64,000 nt of DNA from Lingula anatina (Eukaryota; Animalia; Brachiopoda). The DNA is taken from NCBI GenBank assembly GCA_051362555.1, contig CM120642.1:34038001-34102000 (forward strand), written 5' to 3'. Every line of letters starts with the position of its first letter. The first letter of the stretch is position 1. Under the pieces are notes generated by a model. That model did not search any database. It worked only from the letters and a program-made list of their open reading frames with translations, and was not told the DNA's origin. Shown piece after piece: positions 13,308 through 24,780 of the stretch. The position numbers and the translations under genes were made by a program.

Positions 13308-14050
13308 ATGTCTTCCTTACTGATAAGGCGGTTAAATCTCCGCGCTGCATTTACAAGTAGTAGCAGGGGTCAGAGGGCATGTGTTGGGGAGTTATTTAAA
13401 GGAGGCACACGACCGCGTTCTATTAGCAAAGGAATGGGGAATCACCACAGTGCTACGCTAACTACACACGTCTTACAGGTGAAGACGGGAGATCGCAAAG
13501 GCGCTGGCACCGACGCTAACGTCACGGTTATACTACACGATGATCATGGCAAGAAATCATCCCCCTTGAAGCTAGATCACCCTTTGAGGGACGACCTCGA
13601 GAGAGGCTCTTTGGATGTGTTCCCCGTGGCGGAACCATTAAAGGAATTCGGGAAAATTCAGAAAATCGAATTTACAATGGAGAAGTTTGGATTGGCGTCC
13701 GACTGGTATGTAGAGTCAGTATGTATTGAGGACAAACGACAAGAATCGATCATTCCGTACATGTTTCCGATTCATCGCTGGATCAGACCCAGTCGCCGCT
13801 ACGTGTTTGATCACCTGGACTGCAAGCTGCCTCAGGATGACCAGGAAATAGACCAGAGGAAGGAGGAGCTAACGGAAAAAAGAAAAATCTATGAATTAGA
13901 GCAAAAAGCGCCCGGTCTTCCTGCACAGGTAACTTTTGTATCCTTAATCACTATCATTACGATATTCTTATTGAACCGAAGTGTTGCCTAAATGGGAACA
14001 TGGAATTGAAAACCTTTTTCGCGAATCGCTGTCATAGAAGAGACTGACAT

Positions 14051-14104
<54 letters not shown>

Positions 14105-14151
14105 TGATAAAATCGATGAACATTGGAAAGGCGGGTCCTGAGTGAAAGAAG

Positions 14152-14204
<53 letters not shown>

Positions 14205-17200
14205 ATAATTTAAATGTTTAATATCTCTGCCAATACCTAAGTATTTACACCCTTTTAACATCATTGTCTCGTGGCGGAGACGTAAATGGCTGTGCGCGCT
14301 AAAACTCCCCCAAACAGGCCAACATTTCAGAAAAATTACTTTTTTATGATATGCACATCTCAGGACTAAGCGGGTAGGATTTTTTCTACTGCTAGAAAGA
14401 CAAACACAATCGTTATTGTTACAAACAAATGTTGAATAAGATATAATTAAACAAAACATACAGTTTTGATTTTGATCTTGACGTTAACGTTATTTACAGT
14501 TAGAAACTCTTATCTCTTTGGTTAAAACGTTTTTTGATTTCGGGTTTATTTCAGGCTTTATTGTAGCTACTGGCACATGTTTCTTTTTTTTTTGTAAGTT
14601 TTGTGTGCTTACGAAAAAGAACTAAAATGATTCTTAAAATATTTGCTGCAGATTTTTTTCAGCAAAAACCCACTGTTGCGTTTTCATTGATTACGTATAG
14701 CCTAGTAGGGGTCTAAACTTGGAAACACAATGTTTTAAATACCGTTTTCTTTTTACATATTCGACAGCAATTAATGGATATTTCATCATATTGTCTCCGA
14801 CAACAACCAAGTTTTGCTATCGTGACTGATCATCAAGTAAGAGACTTTAATGGTTCAAAAAACCAGTTTAGGTGCAGCATCCCGGTGAGACTGGTAACTC
14901 AGCTTGTGAATAGCGCACGCAAAGCAAAGAGCAAATAGTTTTCTACTGATGATTTACAGGTGTGAACTAGTTACTTTGATGCCATTCATATCGCAAAGAT
15001 ACACTTCCTCGTACCAGTACGTGTTTTAAAAATAATCTGTACTCTAACGCGAATCTTAAATTGACTCATAAGTTCAATGGGAAGCATAATTTTCGACCTG
15101 ACAAGGTGCATTTCCTTATTTTTGATATTAATAAATGTTCACAAATGGCGTTTAGTAAAACAGGATATATGTAAGATGAAGGTATATCTCCTCAAAGTAA
15201 GCCCCCTGCTGTTCTCTATGGGTGCATTCCCAGAGATTAAGATCGATCAAGAGATTTAGATTTAGATCGACCTAACTCCCTGGGAGTTCACGCTAAATTG
15301 CAGTCAGCCGAGCGGGCACCATAGTTAATTAACAACTCGTGGAAGGCTACTCCTTGATCAGTGAACGCCTGCCATTACCCTGATATATAATATATAATGT
15401 ACTGCCATATATGATACAATATATCAATATATCGTCTGACAGAGAATAAATTTGATGGACGAAAATCTTACTGAAACAGTTCAACGCGTTAAAGCAAGGT
15501 GGAAAAAATTCCGAAAAAGACCTCATTTTTGTAGAGAAAATTTGAAAAGGACAACATGACAATCAATTTTAAACTAAATTTTCATTAGATACATTAAATT
15601 TTTTTCCTAGAGAAGATTTCACTTTCATTTCAAAGACAGCGTACTTTATTGGCATGATTTATTCTGTCAGTTGTTAAAAGGCTTGAATACGACATATAAG
15701 ATAATAAGATACATGTGAGTGACCAAGGGGTCCGCATTTAGATTGAGGTTATGCATACATGTATATTTACATCGACCCTGTTTGAAAAATTCTCCTTTTG
15801 CAGCGCATACCTTAAATTCTTGTGGTTTGGAATATTCATGGTCAATTAAAGACTGTATCGGTCACAGAACGCTAACATCCAAACCTCAACCTATAAACAG
15901 TCATTTATTAACACCAGTATATAACATTTCCACAAACGGGACCCCGTTACCATCTTTTTTTCTGATCAATTCCATAAAAACATCCATACCCCCGCCATAC
16001 TTTAAAGGCTACATATGTTGTGGGTAATTTCGACGAAAAACATCAAAACAAAATCTATACCAAGTGTAGGGAACTTACAACTACAGCAAATCGTCCGTAT
16101 TAACTGTCAATTTTTAATTTATGTAAGTTAAGTTCAAACGTCAGAGTTCACAGTCATATTAGCTGTCATAATAAATTTTTACCAAATACAAATATTGTTG
16201 TTCTTGCTGAACGAATGTCAGCTTGTACGATGTACAATGGGGGGATTCTCTCTGTTAACATAGACAGACAGACAAACAGACAATGGGGAGCCAAAAAGAG
16301 AAGCGTTGATTATCCAATTAGAAGTCAAAGCTTAATTCTCTTTTTTATTACAGGTCAAGCAGATCCCCGACGATGAAATGTTCTCTGACGATTACAAGGT
16401 AAGTTCCATTAGAAATTTAAAAAATGCAGAAAGTTACTTAGATGCCATAATAAAGAAAACAGTAAAAGGTTTTATTAACTAACAAACTTCTTGTTTCACT
16501 TGTTCTTTTCTCTAATATATTTGATTATTTTAGTGGGATATCGTCAAAAGAAAGATGGCATTGATAGCCCAAACCAAGCTGACACACCTCGCCACGTTGT
16601 TTGAACACTGGGACAGTTACGACGACCTGATAGCAGTGTATGGCGGAGACTTGGAGGCCCCTGAGGTACGGGAATTAACGAAGTTGTTTTAATGTTAATA
16701 CCTCCAGACTTCGTCAAAGCTCCAGACGCTTATTTTTGCCTTTGTATAAAAGTATTAATGTAGCCGGTGCACATCATTTTGGTGTAATTTCTGTATTTAC
16801 ATGGGAAAAGAGACAAATTCTAAGACTCACTCAATTGCAACTTACGTCTGGTTTGGGAGTCCATCCCTGGCCATTGATATGGTAGTCAGAGGATAATGAT
16901 GATGTGTCTTTACGATATAAATTAGTCAAAAGTCTGATCACAGCTCATGGGGCTTTTTATTTTCAGGAGCAGTTAAAATATTGGCGAGATGATGAGTGGT
17001 TTGGTGCCCAGAGATTGGCCAGCTGTAACCCTACCCTTATATCCCTGTGTACCGCTATCCCGCAGAAGTAAGGAGAGGGGAAGGGCGGCTGGGGGAGGGG
17101 GGTCAGATTTAGTTTAGATTACAAGTAAACGAAAGGGGAAAAGAGAAGAGCGTACGTTTATGTAAAGCTATTTAGATACCACAAAACTTATTCTTCAACA

Positions 17201-18789
17201 ATATACTATATTAACTACACTTTGCAGGCTCAATTTAATAATACACTAATTTTTTCTACTCTTCAAAAAGTTTCGGGGTAACCGCGGCAATAGTCGAGCC
17301 ATTCCTAGAGGGACTGTCATTACAGAAAGCCATCGATTCTAAGCGTCTGTTTCTAGTCGATCTCAAAATTCTGGATGGATTACAGCACAGAGCAGAAACC
17401 GAGGTAACCCGTTCCTCGATGTTAACTTCCAGAATTCCTCTTGTCTTTTATCCTGCTTAAAGTAAAGGATATATAACATGCTGAAAGCTAAGCCTGCCAC
17501 GCCAGTCTACCGGTCCCACAGTCAACTAATTGTTAAATGTTAAACCAGTTTACCTCCTGATGTATGCCTTGAATATAAATACTAATTAATAGAATTTAAC
17601 CGAACTTTCACCTGACGTTAAGTAGAAACAAACGACGTCTACGACATACTTTATTCAAGTTGTGATGCCGCTGATATTTAATGTGCATCATTTTATTTGA
17701 ATTGCTACAGGTATGCGCGCCTTTGGCGTTATTCTTTCAAAAAGAAAACCAACGCTTGGTGCCTGTTGCAATTCAGCTACGACAAGAGGTCAGACATAAT
17801 AACCCTGTAAGTACGCCTCAGTCCCCCTTCAACCCACGTGTAGCTCATTTACAAGCATAAATCATTACTCTTCTTTGCATGAAGTAACAAACACATTTTC
17901 CATTCATCTTTACAGTTTGTCATGGTTGTATCGTTACGCTTTCACAGTTGTGGTTTGCAAGTGCTTTGAGAAAAAGTCGATGTCTATATAATGACAGACA
18001 AGTATATCAGATGAAAGCGTTATTCTTACTCTTCTCGGTCATGACCTCATGAGTGTTTTTATTTCTTTTCGTCCCCCAGGTTTTCTTGCCCAGTGATCCC
18101 CCCGGGACATGGCTGTATGCAAAAATGTGGTATAACAATGCGGACGCTTCTTACCACCAGTCCCTCACTCACCTGGGTAAGTTTATCAATGTCCCTAACA
18201 TCTTAGCAAAATTCCACCTCTGAAATTGCATTATACACAGATTTTAGAATAGTTTAATATCTATTCATTTTCTAAGGTATGACATAGTATCCGCGTAAAC
18301 ATATTTCAAAGGGAACTTATTTAAATTTCAATGAATGGAATGATAGGTGCAATAAAATGAAAGTACGACATACACACATAGTCCATCAGTTTTCTTTAAT
18401 AAAGGGCGTTAAGAGATATCGTTAAACAAAATAAGTTTGACAGTCAAACCATTATTTATTTATTCTTTTATTTTTATTTATCTATTTTTTAGCGAAAAAT
18501 ATCATTCCTGTGTTCTTTTCTTTTCATTTTAGGTTTTACCCATCTTTTAATCGAAGGCATATCGGTGGCCACAAACAGGCAACTTTCGCCCTCTCACCCC
18601 ATCTTCAAACTCCTGGCGCCGCACTTCCTGTATCTTATTGCTATAGATTGGTGTGTACCGCACAGAATGGACTTTTTGATATCACACGTTTGAAGTGGAC
18701 CAAATTAAATAGCGAATAACCTTTATTAAGGAATATTTTTGAGAAGATCAGTGATATTCGTTAGATTTTAGTCGGCGAAGATCTCTCTC

Positions 18790-18832
<43 letters not shown>

Positions 18833-21692
18833 GATCCAGACCATAAAACATTTTAACAGAAGCTATTATGTTATATTTATATGTTGACGTTTCCTATTTA
18901 AGGCGCGGTTTGAACATGTTAATCAGTGAGAATGGCTGGGTAGAGAAGACTATGTCAGTGGGCCGGGCAGGAATGTTTGAGCTCATCGCAAGAGGGTACG
19001 TGTTGGGGTGTGCGGGGGGGGGGGGGGGGGGGAGGGGGGGGCAGGTATAAAGTGAAGACTAGAGGGTTTTTTAAGGTGTATAAATGAGAGAGAGTGGGTT
19101 AAGATTGAATCCTTGTGTGGAGTCTACAAAAATGTGTTCGTAGTTAAAAGTAATCCAGTCATTAATAGAGGAAAAACGGGACTTAATTGCATACAAATCA
19201 TGTACATGAGGAATGGTACATCAAGGGGGCTGTAACAGTTATGTTTTCATGTCTAATACTCTTCATGTCTTTTTAATAGATAACATTCGTGTCTCACATA
19301 CATGATAAAGTTACGAAAAGAGAAATGGTAATTCCTCAAAAAGGTGTAAAAAGTCCCTTACCTTTTGCATTAGCATTATTTCGTTGCGAATATGACCACA
19401 ACCTTAAGATTATTTTCGATCAACAGTGTTAAAAGAGACGCTTTAATTAATTATTCATTTATGGTTCACATATGTAATTATTAAATTGATATTTCACAGG
19501 ATACAAGAATGGCGATTGGACGTCCACGGAACCTTGCCGAAATATTTGGAGTCTCGCGGTGTAAGTGAAGTAATCAGAATGTAGACATTGGTAAAGGAAA
19601 AGCCTAGTTGATAAATGATATTATAAAAATATGTCAAAATGAACAATTTTTTACAATTATATGTGTTTACTTTGCAGTTATTGGATACAACCGTTCTACC
19701 TAACTACCACTACCGTGAGGACGCCTTGCCGCTGTACTATAGCATTAAGAAATATGTCAGCCAAATTATCAACCATTTTTATGGTAGGTAAAACGTTCTC
19801 ACTCTCCTATTTCTCCTTTTTGAGTGTTTCTATGGTCAAATTTGACCTTCTAAAATTCTTATATGCAACATTGATGAAAAGGAATACTATTAAGTTTAAC
19901 ATAACAATATAACGTGCATTATACTTACATAATTTTGAATCACAACCATTTTTGGTAAGATTTTTCCCGCATAAAAAATTTTTAGAATTTGTGGTAAAAA
20001 CATTTTCAAAATCCTCTTTCTTTCTAAATTAAGATAACCGCAAGAAACTCACAGAAGACTACGAATTGCAAAATTGGAGACACGAATTGGAAACGGAGCG
20101 AGAGAAAGGAGGCGTGGGGATACAGGTGAGAAATCTGTGCTGACGTCATCTTGGCCAGGTTTGATGACGTCACATATGCATTTGAATTCTAAACTTCAGA
20201 CGCTAGGCTTTGAGATTTATAATCGTGTATCGGAAAATGGTCATTTTTATCTCTTGTTATCTTATTCCTGTCGAATACCATTACAAATAAAAATGCCCAG
20301 ACCTTTCACTTGCTAAAATGGATAATCTAATTTTTCTTTCTTCAAATTTCTTTGCTGTTAAGTTTTAAAGTGAGTCGATAAAGATTTTAATTGGACGTGT
20401 TCGTTTCAGGGGATACCAGGGGGCGTGACATTTGAAAATAATGACGAACTAATCCTGACATGTACGTCAATTATCTTCACGTGCAGCGTATCTCACGCGG
20501 CGTCCAACTTCCCCCAGTACACTGACTACGCCTTTCCTCCGAACTACCCAGCTTATATTAAAGGACAGCCGCCCACGGATAAGGTAATGTTAGACGTCCA
20601 AAAATATTAGATGGCATCTTTAGATGATGGTTCTTAACTGGATATTGGCTCTTTTTGACTACTAATAATTAATATGTTACTTGACAAAACACTTGATTTT
20701 CGATATTTCATACGTGATACTCAAACTCGAGTGGTCACTTTTAGCAATATCTTTAATTCCATAGACGAAAACTTTTCATCGTCACTAAATCAACTTGTCA
20801 TGGCGGTTTATCTTAGTATTGGTGTCTTCTCTGAAGGTTCCTATGTCGGAGGAGGACATCGTGAATACGCTGCCTACCAAGTCTCATACCCTGGACATCA
20901 TGGTGGTCACCAAACTTCTTAGTGACAAGGGAACTAACAGTCTGGGGGATTTTGACATTCAGTACCTGCACGACCCTGTCTCTGTCAAGGCTGCACAGAC
21001 GTAAGACTCAGGACGTGTTTACATCAGGACTAAATTATACTAGAAATAGACTAATTGACGCCACCAGACATCAGAAACACGGGCTTCCCATTGTGATGAG
21101 ACTTTTCAATTCTGTGGAGCAGTTTCATCGTCTGTGACGTCATTTAGTCTTTTTTCTTAGTCATGGTGTAAACGCAGACTTAGAGATGGGAAGCAGACTT
21201 ATTGACATGTAGGGTTTTATAACCCTCACTATCGCTTCAAACAAGTTCGATCTGATTTAATCTTTTCACAATGACTGTGAAAAACCCATGGTCTACGGTG
21301 TATGTTTAATTGTAGTTTTAGGGTAACATTCTGATTCTCGAGGGAGGGGTTATTTATTGGTAAAAAGTGATGTTTTTCTGTCTGGGAGCAAAATTTACAC
21401 AGGAGAAGGTTTGCGTTGAAACGATACGTCTCGGATCAGAGTTCATTATACTGATGGTAGCTAACTGGTGCATACCTGTGCGTTTTTCACGCACACTTCT
21501 GCCCTGCCAATAGATGTTGCTTGTTCTATTTCCTAATTTGTTATCCGGTAACTAAACCGCACTTTTTTCCTTTTCAGATTACGACAAGAGCTGGCTGAAT
21601 TGAGTGAAAAGATCAAGGAGAGGAACAAGAGTCGTTTTCCATCTTACCTTTATCTGCAGCCGGATCACGTACCAAACTCTATCAGCATATGA
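13308..21692 (+). CDS. Lipoxygenase (PLAT/LH2 plus non-heme iron LOX domain), 15 exons; 673 aa from ATG 13434 or 715 aa from ATG 13308
   Basis: Exons: 13308/13434-13928, 16354-16398, 16534-16665, 16967-17067, 17271-17403, 17711-17806, 18080-18176, 18533-18650, 18903-18995, 19500-19560, 19678-19783, 20034-20125, 20410-20583, 20837-21000, 21578-21692. PLAT motif [15 protein letters not shown]. Iron-ligand motifs [12 protein letters not shown] and HAASNFPQY, and C-terminal PNSISI. Confidence 0.93.
15221..15335 (-). mobile_element. Truncated copy of the 40430-type MITE
   Basis: cctaactccctgggagttcacgctaaattgc is the reverse complement of the right half of 40430-40644. Confidence 0.7.
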
Positions 21693-22882
21693 ATCGCCAG
21701 GAGGAAAAAAACGCCATTAAAAAAAGCGTAGACTACGTCATATCGGCGATCAGATCGGTTACTTATGTTGGCACCAATGTTGCGGCAGAGGGTAGCGCTC
21801 ATGGCGTGACGTCACCGGTACGTTTAACATCAAATACATAGCCCATGCTGCCGATCACAAGACTGACCACCTATTGCGGAAGATCTGCAGCACTGCCGGT
21901 AACAGCATGCAATACTACTAGTAGTAAGACCGGAGCGAGATTTACAAGAACAGATGTTTTTAATCACGGCAAAGTTGCGAAGGCAGCAGCGCCACAGGAG
22001 TCAGCGCATCTCCATTACACTCTGAAACTAGATTGCGGCAAACCTTCCTAATTTTAGAGGAACAAGAAGTAGCAGTTTGTGGAACAAAACGTAGCAGTAT
22101 ATGTGTGTTTTGATCGTTTTAGTATTCTAATGAATGTTTTAGTGTTTTGAAAAGATTTCAATGCTACATTGAAAATTTCTTGCTGTTTTTATGATACAAA
22201 TATGTTCTACTGGTTGTATAAAAATGTCTTCATATTTAAACAGAGGTCTATCTATTGTGTTATATAATTTTAGGTCACAGAGTTTATAAAAATGCTAGAA
22301 ACTGTTACGATTGACTGGTGTACTCCCCGGTAAAGTTTCGTTGGTAAGGTTCCCAAAGGCCTTTTTCACTACGAGCGGTACATAAATCCTATTTTCCAGT
22401 TAAACCCAGAGAAATCCATTTTCCGCTCTTGACGTTTATCAAGCCTAATGCACATTGACAAGCAGCATGCAACATTATCTTTCACTACATTTTTATTTTT
22501 ACGTTTTGCAAAAACAGAGTGATATCATTTCAGGAGTATTCACCCAAGATGTTTAGTAAAACTATATTTGCCCACTGCTTACTGCAGCACTGCTTTATCA
22601 TCCAGTACTTGCTGCTTGCTGTTCAAATGATGTATGTTTTATTTATAAAATATGTTCTATGGCAGAAGACAGATGGTCAGGAATACCAGCATGGTACATG
22701 ACGTACCTCACGATGCATAATGACTTTGTTTACAGAATTACTGAACAACTCTTGAACAGCACCTGGAGAAGAAGGGAATTAATCATCAAGACTGCAGGGA
22801 ATCTGCATTAACTGGAATTCCTGGATTTATGAAAATGCAAAAATGAAACTATTTGTGCAGATCTGTAGTTGTTGGATAAGTT

Positions 22883-24748
22883 CTACTGCATCTGACTGAG
22901 TTTTGCAGAGTATTTTCTGTCCTCTAAGTGAGCCTGTATTATCTGTGCAAACTCTGGTCTTTGTAGAAACTGGTACGCCATGGGTAGTAGGGCCAATATG
23001 AAGCCTTTAAATGTGTCTCCCCCCCCATAGGTGAACAGATCTAGTCCCAGTTCTAAGCCCTCCCCATAGTCACACTCATCATTGGCAAACTGCACTAGTG
23101 TTATCAACTCCTGCAGAGGGTCTATGTTCACATTTCTTTCTTCTTCTGTTTTACTGTTTTCAATTTTCTTGAACATCTTCTTTAAGTCAGCTAAAATTAG
23201 AAAATGAAAAGGAGTTAATGTCTGGTACTGCATTTTATTTTTGCTTAACTGCCTTTTTTTAATTGTGATGTTTTGTAATTATCAACAAAATTTATTAGTA
23301 ATAAAGTTATTACAGTATGGAATTGTTTTCATGAAAACCCACTTTGATGTCATGGTCAATTTTGCTAACATCATGAAAAAACCTCTGCTGTCATGAACAA
23401 CACTGTGACACCAGATATTCACCTAGTTCTAAACAATGGAATTAAATCTAATAATTATTTTGACAACCCAGGATATTCTGTACCCTACCTGGGCTCTCTA
23501 CCCCCCCCCTCCCCCCATCACCATATCCCCTACCTGGACTCTCTGGCACCTCCCTGTAGCCGACTTCATTGGCATCCACAGGGACCACAATTCCAGCCCC
23601 ATGAAATGTCTTACAGACCACCTTCTTAGCCCGGGCCTTCATCGCTTTGGTCTGTGCTTCTAGAGAATAACTCTTCTTCTCTGACCACGAAATTAGCTTG
23701 GACTGCAGATCTGTCAACTTGGCCTTGGAAGATTTGTCCTTCTTGATTTTTTCATCAATGAGCAATCTGCAAGGCAATGAACCAAATCATGAAATGTAGT
23801 TTTTTGACGCTTCTCTCTTTTATGGTGTGAATGTAACATGCATTTCGGGTTTACACAAGTTCACTTTGACTTCCAGCCAACATTTCCACAAAAGAGTATT
23901 GGTACATAAGTGATGAATAAGAAATCAATTTTTTTTAATTTCATAGAGTTATGCAAATGAAAGGATAGGTATTTTTATAATTCTTCCATACAAAACTAAC
24001 AAAAACAATGATGTCCACGAAAAATTCAATTTTGGAGGTAAATATCAGATAGGATATTTTTTTATAATTACAAAAAAAACTTAATACTCACTTCACACAG
24101 GCAAACACATTCTCTCCCATGGGTTTAATAATGCCATTCTCTGCTGCTGCATTGGTAGCCACAAAACATGGAAGCTCCTTTGGGTCATCTCTAAGAAATA
24201 AAAATTTATACATGAAAAATATAAAAAAAAATCTTGAAAGTTTTTTGTGCCCGTTTCTTTCCACTCCCTTAAAACTACATTTTAATAGCTTTCAATTTCA
24301 TTATTATTATTATTCTTACTTTAGGACAGCTGTCATCACAAAAATTAAAATAAAGACATTATTTCATTTAAAAAGGAGGTCGAATGTCACATTATAATAT
24401 CTTTTACTCATTTTAAGTTTCCTTAAGCCTTCGCATTATGTATCTATATGTTAAGTGTAACTCAGAAACACTCCTACCTATAATATCCCATATGAAACCT
24501 GACCTACATGTACCTGTATGCAACATAAAGTGTAACTCAGAAAGGCTCTTACCTATAATATCCTATGTGAAACTGTAGAGTATCATCTCCTTTGATAACT
24601 GTGAGGAACTCTGGAGGATCATAGAAGTATCTCCAGTGTCTGAGATAACATGGAGGAGCACCTGAGCTGTTCACCTTGACACATTGACCGGCTAGCACAT
24701 CATATGGTCCTACCAGCTGCAAACCCAGACACTCCACCAATGCATCTG

Positions 24749-24780
<32 letters not shown>

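Noticed and set aside
13308-13928. Allene oxide synthase-lipoxygenase fusion
   Set aside because: No catalase-like AOS domain upstream; the ORF begins directly with the PLAT domain.
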